DNA from: Camelus ferus
Taxonomy: Eukaryota
Assembly (NCBI RefSeq): GCF_009834535.1
Contig: NC_045697.1
Location: forward strand, 8,372,001-8,436,000
Reading direction: 5' to 3'
DNA: 64,000 nucleotides
Position 1 is the first letter of the stretch, and each line of letters begins with the position of its first letter. A program made the position numbers and the translations under genes. A model generated the notes under the pieces. It saw only the letters and a list, made by a program, of their open reading frames with translations, had not been told where the DNA came from and ran no database searches. Shown piece by piece: positions 38,556 through 52,509 of the stretch.

Positions 38556-40659
38556 TCCATCACAACGGAAGAAAGAGAGGTTTGAGAAGAGTAAAGTAGC
38601 AGAGTTGTGGTGCAAGGATTGAGGTCCTACTAGGTCTGACTGCTGAGCCAACACCTTTCATTTCCCTTGAGCCTCAGGGCCTAGAGGGAAAGGTGACAAG
38701 TTGAAGGGTCATTGGCAGGAGCTGAGGCCAAGGGCCTCTTCAGATGGAGCTCTTGAGCAGACTCAGCTCTGAAGCGCCCTGGACCAAAGAGCTGGGGAGA
38801 GCAGGGCTGGGGCTAGTGGCTACTGCATTGCTGTGTCCCTCCCGCCCACTCTCTGCCACCCCAGGCCAGCCCGAGGGACACAACAGCAACACGGATGCTG
38901 TCCTCAGAAAGCTCAGAACCTAGTCTGTTTGGCAATCAAGCCCGAAAAATCTTTTATTTTTCAAACTGTTGTCTTGAATAATTTCTTAATTTTTTAATTA
39001 TCTATCTGATATAGAGGGGGGCTTTGCCACTAACTCTATGATCCTACCTACTTCATCATGCCAACAAATTATGACTACCTGGAGGGCTGGAGCCCTGTGT
39101 CAGCCCACCATGGTGTTCCCCACAGGGCACTGCAGTGCTTGGGAGGCATTCAATCAATAGTCTTTTGAGAGTAAATACCACACAACAAGGTGCTAGGGTT
39201 TTTTTTTCCCCCTTCTATTGTAAAAAATAAGGCAGGAGAAAGTCATTTATTGTACTAAATTATTTGTAGCAGTGAATTTTACTCTAAAGAAATCAGCAAA
39301 CTCCTATTACTCTAGGCCTATGTCCAGGTCTTTAAAATATTTTTGTTATAATCATATTTTTTAACCATATTTTCTATAATAAGATTTGACCTTAATTTTT
39401 TCTTTTACCACAATTCAAGTCAACCAATTATGGGGCTAGAAGGAACCAATCAAAAGAACTTTCAGAAATTGAGACCATATACTCTAAAACTGCACTCTTA
39501 GGAGATGTTAACAGATGCTACACACAGACAGGGGGGAAAGTGGGCAAACTCAGAAAAACTCCCTTGGCAGACTCACAAGGTGCCTTGACATATGAAAGAT
39601 TTTGAGAAGTCCTGAAGAAACTGAACTAACTTTGATCATTCAGTATTTCTCTATTTGAGCGAAACATCAGTGAACACACAGATGAATCAACTCCTACAGA
39701 TGGAACACTAGTTTGGGAAACTCTGATCTAGTGTATCCCCTCATTAGAGTGACAGGGAAATGGAGACAATGAGGGATAGAGCAACACGCACGACCTTTGG
39801 AATGAAATGACCTGACGCTGGACTCCAGCTCTACTGCATAAAAGCTGCTACATGATGCAGGCAAATAAAGAAGAGTCCTCTTTCAACAAGAATTTTTTGA
39901 GCACTTACTAAGTGGTAGGCACTGTTCTGATCACTTAGGATACATCAGTAGACATAAAAAGACCAAAATCTCTAACATAAATTAGGGATACAAATACCTA
40001 CATCTTATTGTTAAAAGGAGGGTTATATGGGGAGATAGTTTTGAAATATCTGTCCTGTTGTTAGCTCTGAATAACAGTAGACCAACCAAACAAACAAAAA
40101 GTCTTGATTTTTTTCATAGCTCCAGATTTTCATGGTGCCACAGTATCTCCCTGGTTTACTGTCCCGTCCCCCAGACTCTTCCTACCAAAAGCCGAAAATC
40201 ATTGCACTAGTACTCACTTATTAAGGATAAAGGTTTATTACATTTCTTAATGAGCCAAGAGGAAGGTATATTGATGGAAAAACTTGATTGAAATAATGAT
40301 CTTCAACGAGGAAGACTGAAGTTAGAGGTTCGAGAGGCAAAAGGAAAGAGTTTGGAAAAGTAACTGTGATGTTTAGAAAGATGTAGAAGACACTGACACT
40401 CTCCACACTGGACTATTTTTCTGAGCTCCAATACTGAATTTTCAGCTAACTCTTAAACATCCCCACCTGAGCTCCTCAAGGCTCCTCTATGACTCTCAAG
40501 TCTGAAGCCAGTTCTGTTACCGGGTACGTTAATGAAACATTACCACGATAAAACCATTTGCTCCAGAAAACTCGGTCTGCTCTACAATTTTTCTCTTTTG
40601 CTCCTTTCTTTGTTGCTTGCACTAATAGTAAGGCAAAGGAGAACTAAAATCCATGGCAT

Positions 40660-41808
40660 GTGAGCCATTTTGGAAAACATCTTAGTAGCTCCTCAAAATG
40701 TTAAACACAGAGTTAACATACATGGAAATAAAGGAAGACCAACCAAATGGGAAAAGCAAAGGCAGTTTATTCAGAACTCCCTATAACAAGGGAGTCAGGC
40801 ACCATCGCTTGCCTTCTGACAGAGACTCAAAGGCAGGCAGAGGAGTGGAAAAGCTTTATAGCAGAAAAAGAACGTGCCCTGGTTGGAAGTTGTTGGCTTG
40901 GGGAAGCTGGACACAAGATAACTAAAGGGCCTAGCATCCTGTGTGATTAGTTGGCAGGTGGACATACATGGCTTTCTCCGGTTGGGTCTACTTTGTAAGC
41001 CAAGACAAAAATTGGGGAAGTTGTTAGTTATTAATCAAGTCCTGGTAGTTTGGGGTTGATTATTATAGAAATTATTATTTAGCTTCCTGGATTGTTGCTA
41101 AAGATAGCAATCTGGCTTCCTACAGACCTGATTTAGAGCAGGCTGACTTTCTGAGCTGTTTATTATAGGTAAGAAGTTTGGTTTCCTGGGCAGGTTGCCA
41201 TAGGTTATGGGTCTGTTTTTATATATGTTCTGACCACTTTCTGTTTGTATATTCAAGCTTTTACATATGACTCTGCAATTCTATTCCTAGGTATTTGCCC
41301 AAGAGAAAGTGAAACATAAGTCCACAGAAAAACATTTATATAAATATTTATAGTAGCATCGTTCACAACAGCAAGATTTTTAAAAATTGAATGCCATCAA
41401 CTGATGAACAGATAAACAAAATGTGGTATATCTATTAAACTGAATATTATTCGGCAAGGACACCTACACCAGGGATGCACTTAGAAAAGATGCTAAGTGA
41501 AAGAAGCCGGACGCAAAAGGCTACGTACGTACTGTATGATTTCATTCATGTTAAATGTCCAGACTAGGCAAGTCCAGAGAAATGGAAAATAGATTAGTGG
41601 TTGCCAGGGGCTGGCGGAGAGGGGACTGGAGAGTGACTGCAGATGGACATGGGCTTTCTGTTGGGTGTGATGAAACTTCTCTGAAGTTGGACAATGGTGA
41701 TGGTTACACAACTTTGTGGATAGAGTGAAAACCACTGAATTACACACTTTAAAAGGGTGAATTTTATGGTTTATGATTCTGTCTCAATAAAACTGTTATC
41801 TTAAAAAG
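40660..41808 (+). mobile_element. L1MB-like 3' end interrupted by an LTR
   Basis: 'ttaaacacagagttaacata' resumes as 'catatgactctgcaattctattcctagg'; 3' UTR 'gattagtggttgccagggg...accactgaattacacactttaaaagggtgaattttatgg...ctcaataaaactgtt'. Confidence 0.92.
40721..41262 (-). mobile_element. ERV solo LTR nested in L1
   Basis: ~540-bp insert splitting a continuous L1 motif, flanked by (a)cata direct repeats (40716-20, 41263-67); antisense AATAAA ('tttatt') near one end. Confidence 0.75.
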
Positions 41809-42759
41809 ATCTGTGACATGCATATATACTCCCGAGTTCCCAAAGTGCTTTCAATGATTTTGTCAAGGTAGAGTGTTTAAGTCCAATAAGCCCACTGCCT
41901 TCCCCACACTTGCCTTAAAAGCAGACTAGTTGCAGGAATTATTAGTTGCATTTCAGAAACTGTTTGACTTTTTGCCCTTGGTCCTAGAAATCACTCACAT
42001 ATTTATGACAAAGAAATAAAGGCCAGAAAATCATCTTAAACAACAACACAGGAATTTGAAAAAAGAAAGGGTTCGGTTATAAACCATGATCATTTATCAA
42101 GAATGAGGGCAAATCTTGAAATTTCCTAAATAAAATAATGGTCCTATTAGTGACGCAGAGATAAAAGGAGGAGGTCAGAGGGAACACCAACAATCTCCAA
42201 ATCTGAGATTAGTGTTAGAAGCACGTGTGTGTAAAATTGCCGTAAACTTCAAATTAATTCCACACCATTAAATTTCCAAGTACTCTAAGCCACAGTGACT
42301 CAAAGAGACAGACTTTTGTTGGCAGCTGAGCCAGCTGGACCCAATTGCCTGCTTCATTTTTAATTTTTTTTTTCAGCCACCAATATTTTCTTTCAGAAAA
42401 ATAAAAGAACAGAGGGAGAATTTTGATCAGTTATCTTAAGAAGCCTTTTTTTTCACCTAAGAAGTTGCCATTCTGGCTCTTCATTCCTTGGCAGTATTTG
42501 GGGGATGGAGGAGAAGCTATGCCAATCAGAATTATGGGGAGGGGTGTGGGGAGTGTCAATTAAAGTACACAATCCCTCTCCTTCCAGGAGCTTATGGGCA
42601 AAGACAGATAGGGAAAACAGGAACGAAGATATACAAGAGCAAAAACAAGACAGAATATCTCCAGTATGCTAAATAATAGTAAGGGCACTGTGTAGTAATA
42701 CATTTAACATATTATAACTATTACTTACATAATTATAGGTGATTGTGATGCCTATTCTA

Positions 42760-42930
42760 ATAGTAACAGCCCCTACACTGCGTGAGGACTCACTGTGTCC
42801 CTGGCACTGTTCTCAGCACGCCGTGCACGCTCATTCATTTAGCCTGTCTAGCAGACATCTTATCACTCTCACTGTGCAGATAAGGACATCAGGGCACAGT
42901 GAGTTTATTTAACTGGCCAGAGTCACAGAA
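42760..42930 (-). mobile_element. MIR SINE
   Basis: 'ctcactgtgtccctggcactgttctcagcac...gcagataaggacatcagggcacag...ggccagagtcacag'. Confidence 0.75.
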
Positions 42931-43509
42931 TTGGGAAGGATTTCCCAATATCTGCAGCCGTTGCCAAAACTCATTTCCGTTTGCCTTGCTTGAGACATTA
43001 ATCTATAGACATTAATTGCACTGGGCTTTTCAGTTCAAAAGGCAAAGTCTTTTGCAATTTAGAAGTGGTTTCTCTAATTAGTGGGTATTTAATCAGGAAT
43101 GTCTGAAGGTCTAGAAACTGCAAAAAAAGAAAAAGAATCTAATCAGATTGATGAGGCAAACCTGTACCTAGCAGGGTGTCTATATAATGCTCATCCATTC
43201 ATCACTTTAGTACACAGCTCTGGTGCTCCTATAATGTACTACCAATGGAAACAGGCAGAAAATATCATGAGGAACATGACAGAGTATTGGGGGAGATGAG
43301 CTTTTAAATAGATACTCTCAAAATGTTAAATTTTTTTTAAAAACTAACACTTGACACCAACACATATGTAAGTATTTTAACACAGGTTTATTATACATTA
43401 AGTAATTCCAAATAAGGGGAACCCCAAATGCTTCTTAATTATTTGCTTCCTATCGCCAGAACATACCTGCAAATTTTAGAATGAAGGGTACATGTTGAGC
43501 TGAACTAAC

Positions 43510-43670
43510 ACTTTATGCTGGAACCTGTTCCAAGCACATTTCTATTCACTTCACCCTCAAAACAACCCTATGAATGAGGTCCTATGATCATCTTCATTTT
43601 ACAAGAGAACAAACTTAGGCACAGAGAGGTTAAGTAGCCTGCCCAAGGTCACAAAGCTAGTTAACAATAG
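43510..43670 (-). mobile_element. MIR SINE
   Basis: 'aacaaccctatga...cattttacaag...aggcacagagaggttaagtagcctgcccaaggtcacaaagctagt'. Confidence 0.9.
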
Positions 43671-46409
43671 AGTTAGCACTCTCTGCCCAATTTAATGTGA
43701 TACAATGTGTTACCATAGAATGTCGCACAGATTAGCAAAAGGTGCAGAAAAGAGGCACCTAACCTCTCCCAAAAGCAGTCAGAAAGGACCTCCAAGAGGA
43801 GGCAACATCTTGATGGAAAAGTGATGCCTCAGATGCTTTTAAACAGGTCCCTCAAAGGAAAAACAGATCAAGGTAAAATCAGATCATGATATTCACAAAT
43901 TCAGGACTTGAAGCCAGCCAATCCAGTATCTCTCCATCGTCTCACCTTAATTAGAGAGAATTTGGGTGAAACTGTAATCTGTCGTCTCATGTGACATTTT
44001 TATCGCCTGCTTATTAACATTTCAAATGAAACATTTTATTGCATCTGATGTTAGTTAAACACTTAACATGTACTCTTCACGGTTACAATTCTCAATGTGT
44101 TCTGACTGTATTAAGCAAATATTTAAGAAACATTTGGGCTGTTTTTCCATTTTTAAGTATTTAATCTGTAATAAACATATAGCATGTTAAAAATACATTT
44201 CATGTATGGTATGTGTTAAGTGTTAAGAATATATTTTTGAACTGCCTTATTTAAGCCTGTCAGACTTTCCATTACAACCCCTTAATTTAAGGGGTTTTTA
44301 AACCAGCCATAAAAATCTCTTCATGCTGATATTTTGGGTAAAATATCTCTCCTTCCAGAAGCGTTTTTTAGTTGTGGTGGCTTGTTTTTCAGTATTAATG
44401 CATTTAAAGAAAAACTGACTTTGTAAAATTGAACATAAAACAAAGACTTTTCTCATAGGATATTAGCAGGATCTTCTCTATGCTTTTTAAATAATTCATA
44501 TGTTGGACACATCTCATTAAAAAAAAGTCATAGACCTTACCTCAAAATTTATGAGAGAAAATAAAACATGGCTAGATGAGTACTATCTATGTATCTGCAC
44601 ACTGTATCACAATTCAGAATCAAGGATATAAAATAAGGCTGTGGACAGTTCCTCTACAGTCCCAGAAAACTTCGTACGTATGTAGTAAATGCAGCTACTT
44701 TAGTTTAGCAAATTACAGTTTCTGGGTAAATGCCACATCCCTTCTCTTACCTGCCCTTCAGGATGCTGGGAAGTAGGACGGCTCTTGTCGTAATTACTCT
44801 TTTCTTACAGAGAGGCAAGCAAAGTTCTGGGAGAGGTTAAGTGATTTGTCCAAAGTCACACAGCCAGTTATTCGTGAAACTAGAGTTTGAATTCAGATTC
44901 CTTCGCTTACTCCATGCTACTCTGGCCCACACGTTACAAAACACGGAGCCCTGTGTGGCTGGTGTTTCCATCTGAGTATTGTTTTAGCCTGGTAAAAATC
45001 TTAAGTAAGTAAAATTCAACTTACTGGCACAGCTAAACAACTTTTTTCCAGCGTTACTTCCCATGTTTAAAGTCAAGGTCACGTCAAGAAACACACTCAA
45101 GAAAATTTCCTTCCCTTCGTTCAAGACACCTAGCCCATGACCTAACATAGGAGGCCTCCTTCACACCGCGCCACAACATCTTCCCCAACTCCATCCACGG
45201 CGGTCTTCAGAGTCCATGTGTCATCTCACCCACTTAGATTATAGATTCTCTGAAAGCCAGGGCTTGTCCTATTGGTCCTTATGGCATCTTCTCTCCTATC
45301 CTTACCTGCCCAGTGCATAGCACAGTGCCTGGCATGTTATAGGGGTGTGTTACATGTTTGCCTATGGGGAGAATCCATAGAACTTCCCAGAAAGAACTGA
45401 CCTGACGCTTCCGCTCTTTCATGAAATACCAGAGATGGAGCGCACCTCTGCAGTTATTCATACCAGCATTTCTCAAAGAGCACTCCTTGCTTCACCAGCT
45501 CCACAAGACTCTATGCGATAAAAAAATTCCATGAACAGAGAAGTTTGGGAACTGCTCTCTCCACAAGAAAGAAATGTCCTGAGAGCTCCCCAAGTGTAGC
45601 CCTGGCTTTCCATACTTCTCCTCTGGAGCCGGCTAAGTGCGGGGAGCCAATGGCGCCTGCTGTCGCCAGGGCTGTCCCACCCTGCTGCAGGTGCAGACCA
45701 GCTCTGCCCACTGCGGTGGAAGTGTGGAAATGTCTGGCTTGTCCTGGGCACAGGCCTCTTTGGCCATCACACTAAACTATCCCCTCAACTTTTAACAGTA
45801 ACTAGGGTGATGTTCTGGCCCTTCTATGTCATATTCCTGAATTTTTTAGTTCTCTCATTTGTTCAGAACCAAAATGGGGATGGAAAATGCTATTTATTTG
45901 TGGTACCCATAAGCTCTGAGAGAGAAAAATACCTCAAGTCCTCTGCTGTCAATTACTCTTCCTTCAAGCCCATCTTCCTTCCAAGTGTACCAAAAATATC
46001 CTCAGGCCTTCAGAGTAATTATATTTATGATCATTCATTTTTTCATTAGTCTAGAGCAAATATTGTGGGAACTCGAGAAAGATGATGTTCCAAAGTCAAC
46101 CTCAGGTTTGGAATTGCAAGAAAGAACCACAGATGAAGATGGAATTGGAATCAACTGAACCCTGGATACTCTCTCTAATGAGAGCTCTGTACTGGAACCA
46201 CATATTATCCTGTCTCAATATACAGCCTTAAGAACTTAGGTGGGCTGGACTCAAAATCTTACCTAGGAGACTTGAGCCACAGAGGCAAGGAACGCTGCAG
46301 GACCCAAGAGGGGAAACCAAAATTCAATAGAGACATCGACAACACTGCAGAATGTTTGAGCATTCATTTCTAATTCAGACATAATGTCAAATAGCAAAAA
46401 TGTCCTGAC

Positions 46410-46835
46410 TTCATTCATTGGCTCAACAAATATTTACTGGGCGCCTGTTATAAGCCAAGTACTCACTGCTGGAGACATCAGAGATGTAGCAGCAAGCTAA
46501 AGACCAAAATCATCCCTGTCTTCATGAAGCTTATAATCTAATGGGAAGAGATGGACAATAAAAATTAAATAAGCAAGGTACACAGAATGTTAGGAAGTTG
46601 ATGTGCTATGAGAAAAATAAAGAAGTGAAGGGAGATAGCAAATACAGGGGCGTTACATTGGGAGGAGACTGCACTTTTAAATAGATGATTAGGGAAAACC
46701 CAATGGAAAACATGACATTTGAGAACATACGTGAAGGAGATGCAGATAAGAATTAGAAAGCATTCTCGGCAAAGGAGCAAGAAAATACAGATATCATGAG
46801 AAGGCGTATTTTGGCATGTTTGGTAAATAGAAAGG
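46410..46835 (-). mobile_element. L2 LINE 3' portion
   Basis: 'ttcattcattggctcaacaaatatttactgggcgcctgttataagccaag...ccctgtcttcatgaagcttataatcta'. Confidence 0.85.
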
Positions 46836-46837
46836 GG

Positions 46838-47165
46838 GCTGGCTGCCACAATGAAGTGCCACAGACCACGTGCCCTAAACAATAGAAATTTATTTTCTCA
46901 GCTCTGGAGGCTGGAAGTCCAAGATCAAGGCGCAGGCAGCTTTGGCTCCTGGTGAGTTTTCTCCCTGGCTTGCAGACAACCCGTCTCACTATGTCCACAC
47001 GTGGCAAGTTCCCTGGTGTCTCTTCTTATTTTGGCAACTGATCTCATCACGACCTCATCTAAACCTGATTACCTGCCGAAGACCCCATCTCCAAATACCA
47101 TCATGTTGAGGGGTTAGGGAGTCAACACATGAATTTTGGGGAACACAATTATTAAGTCCATAGCA
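46838..47165 (-). mobile_element. MaLR (MLT1A-like) solo LTR
   Basis: 'aacaatagaaatttattttctcagctctggaggctggaagtccaagatcaagg...ccccatctccaaataccatca...catgaattttgggg'. Confidence 0.9.
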
Positions 47166-47676
47166 AGAGACTAGGACATCTGGTGCTGGAGAGGCCAATC
47201 CGTCATTACAACTAGACTGTGAGCTCCTGCGCTTTTGCCTAGTTTCATTCCTGGCTGTTGCATCAGTGTGAAACAGGGACCTCCTCCACCCACAGCCCTA
47301 CAGCTCAATGAGAAGTTCATTGGTTGGATTATCCAAGACCTGAACACTTCCCTGTAGGGAAGTCTGTGTCTTGCTCTAAGTGTGAGCGTGAACATGTCTC
47401 GCTGAGCTCAGTGCCCTTCCTGGACCCAGTACACACTTCCCAGAAGTCAGCACACATGCTTCCACTTACATTTCCATTTTTTCCCCTCTGTCTCACCTTC
47501 TTTTATGGCTTCCAATGGGTTTTGAGGGAAAGAACAGAAATAGAAATGCTCTTTTTATCTATTATATTTAACAGGCAGCCACACCTCTGTTTTAAAAGTG
47601 TGTAAATGAATTATCTTTATGACCCTGAATAAGAAAATCGATAATTTCTGAAAACACTGCTAATTATGATATAATA

Positions 47677-47862
47677 GAGTGAATTTTCAAACTCTGTTGT
47701 CTAGGATCACCTGGAAGGCTTGTGAAAAAGCAGGTATCAGGGCCCACCCCCAGGGTTTCTGACTCAGTGGGTCTGGGATGGGGCCTGAGAACTTTAATTT
47801 CTAACACATGCTCAGCTGATGCTCACGCTGGGGGTCCAGGGACCACACTTTGAAAAGCACTG
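47677..47862. mobile_element. MER5A-like hAT-Charlie MITE
   Basis: 'gggcccacccccagggtttctgactcagtgggtctgggatggggcctgagaa...ccagggaccacactttgaaaagcactg'. Confidence 0.9.
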
Positions 47863-50600
47863 TGATAATGAAATGTTTTCATTTTAGTTATGTCTAGAGC
47901 CCTCTAAGGATTGAAAATGAGGGCTATACATGATAAAACATTCTAAGAATTCATCAAATCTTTTAGATACCATAGCAGACCTGCTATAACCAAAATGAAC
48001 ATCCAGAGTATTTCAGAGAGGCCAACGTCATGGAAAGAGTCCCCATCCTCTCCCCACTGCCTCAGGACCTGCATCCAGCCTTTGTAACCTAGAACAAGTC
48101 ATGCCTCTAGTTTGTGTGCCTGTAGAATGATGCGTTTGGACCATGTGGCCTCATTACAACTGTACGTATAGATGTGAATTTTCACATGCTCTTTCAGACC
48201 GCTCTATCTCTCATGAAATAAAAGATTTTTAAACTGAAATATAGTTGGTTTACAATGTTGTGCTAGTTTTAAATATAAGATTAAAAACAAAGAAGCATTT
48301 ATGCTACAAGCGATAGCCAACTAATGAACGTGAGATAAGGATCATGTTGGGAAACTTGAACCCTTTAAGCTAGTGCTGAGTTTTTGGTGCTGCTCCCCCA
48401 GAGCTCTTCCACTTCCTGTCTCTCCATATAGATGGACACCAGAGGAAACTTTGTAAAAGTATGAAAGCAGGAGAGGGGTGTCTGGGCTCTGCGCTACCAT
48501 TCTTTGCTAGCTCCTGCTAGCCTCTGGCTTAAGGGGAGTTCATACTTCCTGGTTCAAGGTTATTTTAAATTCTAACCCCTGGCCTCTGCCCTCAGAGCTT
48601 CTGCAGAGGAAGCACCTGCTGTTCCTCTAGAGTGACTGCCCTGGGAAGCTCCGCCATCTTCCCCTGGTGGCAGGCTCTCCATCTCTGTTCTTGCCCACGT
48701 GGTGGACCCTTGACCACCACTCCCTTGTCCATCTGGCTGGGTTATTTGGGCTCATCCATTCTGCAGCCTCTCTACAGAACCCCGTGCCCATGACTCCATG
48801 AACCCTCTAGTCTCTCTCACTTCTCCCTACCTTCCTCATCCCACGTAGGGTCACCTTGGACCTTCTAGAGACCTCCCATGTCACCTGCAGTGGGACGGGC
48901 CACTGTAGATCCCCTCTCCACCCTCGGCCAAACCCCACTGTTGCTTGACTGCTATCACCTTTGTGTCTGTTGGACACTTACATGTTCTCTTTCCAGAATT
49001 TCAAATGGAAATTGAAGCAAGCCCTCTCCCTTTCAGCTTTTCCCTCAGCCTACCAGTGATACGCGCAATGCATTCCCCACCAGGGAGTGCAGACTCGGGG
49101 CCACATTCAGCAAGCCCTAGGCAGCATCTTCATCCTCACTTCCTGACTCTCCTCCCCCCATCAGCAGAGTTTTCTTCCTTTCCACTGACACGAACTCACA
49201 TATTCTTCCTTGTCTTCTCTACATGATGGCTAAGGGCCAATATAGCTCACATACTCAGCCTTGCTTTTTACATGTAAATGGAAGTTTGGGGAATTTCAAG
49301 TAAAGAAAACAAAATCTCTCTCCATGAAAAGGAGGCTGTCAAGACTATTATCTCTCTATGCACTTTTTAAAAACTCTAGTATGAAACTCAAAAATTGAGC
49401 AATGAATCCTTTGTTCTAGTCGGTAGCCACAATCTCCCCAAAGCAATGAATGGCATTGATTCATTGAGCGGAGGGAACTGCTAGGCAACATAGTTTATGG
49501 GGAAGGAAAAACACCTTGTTTTAATATTTTTTGAAAATATTATCCCTGCTACAGGCATAGGAAAGTATACCTGAAAAGGGGAACAGCAAAATCCCAGTGA
49601 GGCAGCAATAGAAAATTTTAACGGTGGCTAATGCCAGTGGGGAGGCCGCAGAAGATAAAGAAAACATAAAATCAGGAGGAGGTGAATGCAGTGGATGAAA
49701 ACGCTGAAAAGTGGAATTCAGAATGGAATTTGTCCTCCTCTTGCCAAAAACAAACAAATAAACAAAAAAAAAAAAAACACTCAGAAACTAAAAATCCCAG
49801 AAAAATAGTCTCCAATACAGTGTTGAGGGAACATTTGATATTTTGTGGAAGCAATAGTGTAGAAGGTACTATGAGTATGAAAAGTATTTCCCCAAGGAAC
49901 CAAGGCCCTGCGGTACTTGAGCAACGAGTACAGTTATAGAGAATCAGTAATTAAGAACCTCCAGAATCAAACAGAAGCTTAGCAAATTGGAGACCTCTCA
50001 TTTGACTATGCATCTATGACTATCTGCACCCACGCAACAGAAAAAGCAGCTGACGGCACGTCATCGTCGTATCTGGTCTATACGTTCCACGTTAATTCTG
50101 CATTTTCTCAGCTAACTTGAGCGCTTTCCAGCGTCTCTGGTGCATAGTAGGCCTTCTCAGGAGAGCCAGCAGAGACATGTCTCACAGCTCTACAGACACC
50201 CCCATGGACATGGGAATCGCACGGTGCATTTGGAAGCAGGATGTTTTTCTTGTCCATCTTTGGACCCCTCGTGCCCAGCTTGGTGCTAATCAAACAGCAG
50301 GTATTCAGTAAATGCTCCAGGAAGAAATCGCATCACTTGGAAGACTGCATAATGAACAGCCCGTCGCATGTTCAAGGAGCAAATCCACAGAATTTGGGCA
50401 TTTAAAGAAATGTTAGGATTCGTCTAGGGAATCGAGCTACCTCATTTTGGAGACAAGAAAACTGAGATCCAGAGCAATTAGGAGACTTGCTCCAGGTCTC
50501 CCAGGACAGCAGTTCCAGAATCAGGACTGGAACCCAAGTCCTTGATTCTTATTTTTATACTCTTTGTCTTGACTGTGTTAAAATGTAGGTTTTATTATGA

Positions 50601-51135
50601 TGAAGGTATGGCAAGACCAAAAGATACGGAAACAACTGCCTTGGCAAAGGCAGATTTACCATCACAGATCTGAGGAGGAAGGAGCGGCCGCGGCATGGGA
50701 GGCCCCGGGGACGGGAGGCCCCGGGGCTGGCGAGGAGCAGAGGCAGAGAAGCTCAGGGAGGAGCTGTTACTGTGGCTTCCACAGGGGAGAACAGGTAAGG
50801 CGCAGTCAGCAGGCTTAGGGCTGGCTGGTCTGAATAATTTCTGTGAGCCTAGGGTAGCATGCTGCCCCTAGTTGTCTGGTACCTGGCGCTGGAGTGATGG
50901 GGCAGATGGATAGTGGCCCCGAGTGTGAAAGCCCATAGAGGAGATGGCTGGGGGCATGGGCTCTGCATTGGTTGGTCTGCATATGAAAGGTGCCCCCCCC
51001 CCCACCGGCGTGCGTTGTCCTCTATCTCTAGGAATTCCTAACCTGGGAGGGGCAGTCCCTCCTGGGTCAGCAAGGCCCCAGTGTCAAAGCATCAAAATAC
51101 AAAAATAAAAGGATGTATTTAATATACTCACCACA
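50601..51135 (-). mobile_element. ERV solo LTR with 4-bp TSD
   Basis: TG...CA termini with atga direct repeats at 50597-50600 and 51136-51139; 'ggctggtctgaataatttc' LTR-like motif. Subfamily uncertain. Confidence 0.7.
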
Positions 51136-52046
51136 ATGAGGTCATAAGTCTTCCCTGCATTAAAAACATAGCTTGGACTTGGTGGCTTTACCTACCATCT
51201 CTTCAACGCTGTGCAATAAAGTAGTTAGAAAAAAGGGGCTTCCACATGAAGTTCTTAAGTCTTGAGGCTATGAAAAATGGATTTTGGATCATAATTTAGA
51301 CAATCTTTTCTGATTATTTATCTAAAACTAAAAGCAGGAAATGATTCATTTGATTTCTGCCAATCCTGGAGTGTTGCCACTTTCGGCTCAGGAAGAGTCG
51401 GCTTCCCTTGGCAGTCCTCACTTGTAGGATGATGAATGAAGTTCTATGTTTGGTGCTAGCTAAAATTTTATAGGGTCTAAAAAAGCAATTTATACATGCT
51501 TCAGGAGGTGGCTATATTTTTTTCTTTTTTAGATAGCTCTTAGTCACAGCAGGGCACTCAATATCCATATATCACATCGAGAGGTCATTTTACAGGAGGA
51601 ATGAAACTTTGTTCGTTGATAAACATGTTCTCAGCTTCCACAAGCCTTATGTATGCTCAGAATCCAGCAAATAGGTATTAGCTCAATTCTGAATTTTCCC
51701 AGTTATTTTCACACCTCAGGAACCCATGACCCTCCATGGGAGATGGTGAGAAAGAGACATAGTCAGCCTGACAAAACATTTGCTTGGTTCCAAGAGCCAA
51801 TGTTGTCATTTGCAAACAAGGGAGGTCAATTCTCTTTTCTTGGAAGTCTCAGGCATGGGTTGAATGATCTTGCATGCTGCCAATAAGTCATCTAAGTTGT
51901 CAAGGGTCAATGCTAACTCAAAGAACAGTGGCCAGTGGGCCAAACCAACCACTTACTGTAAGTGATGCGCATTCTGAACATTTGCAATCCACCAAGCCTC
52001 CCCCGTACTACATTTTTGTTGAGAGTTTAGGGGGTTATTTTTTAAC

Positions 52047-52140
52047 TCTGTCTCCATCTCTGTCTGTCTCCATCTCAGTCTGTCTCTGTCTGTCTGTCTG
52101 TCTGTCTCTCTGTCTCTCTCTCTCTCTATATATATATATA
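52047..52140 (+). repeat. compound (TCTG)n(TC)n(TA)n microsatellite
   Basis: Directly visible. Confidence 0.95.
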
Positions 52141-52509
52141 CCGGTTTGAAGTATCTGAGCAGTGGTCTTGCTTACTCAGTCATGCTTCAAGATACTCTCT
52201 AGATTATCTTCCTGGTTTCTGTCATGACAATGGTTTTATTACCCTTTTTCCCTTTGCTGCTCTGAATGCCTGTCATTACAAAGCGCTGCAGGAGCAGTCT
52301 GGAGATGGGCTGCAGGAGGACAAGCTCTGCCACATGTTGGCTGAGGGGCCTCAGGCAAGTTACTTCACCCATTACAGTCTTTATCTGTAACATTAGGAAC
52401 ATATTTATTCTTTTTTGAAGGATTGTGTAATAAAGTGAGAAAAGCCTTATGACTACTTTTATTAAAAAATATAATCTCCAAAATATGTACATAGAGAAGT
52501 ACCTGAATT

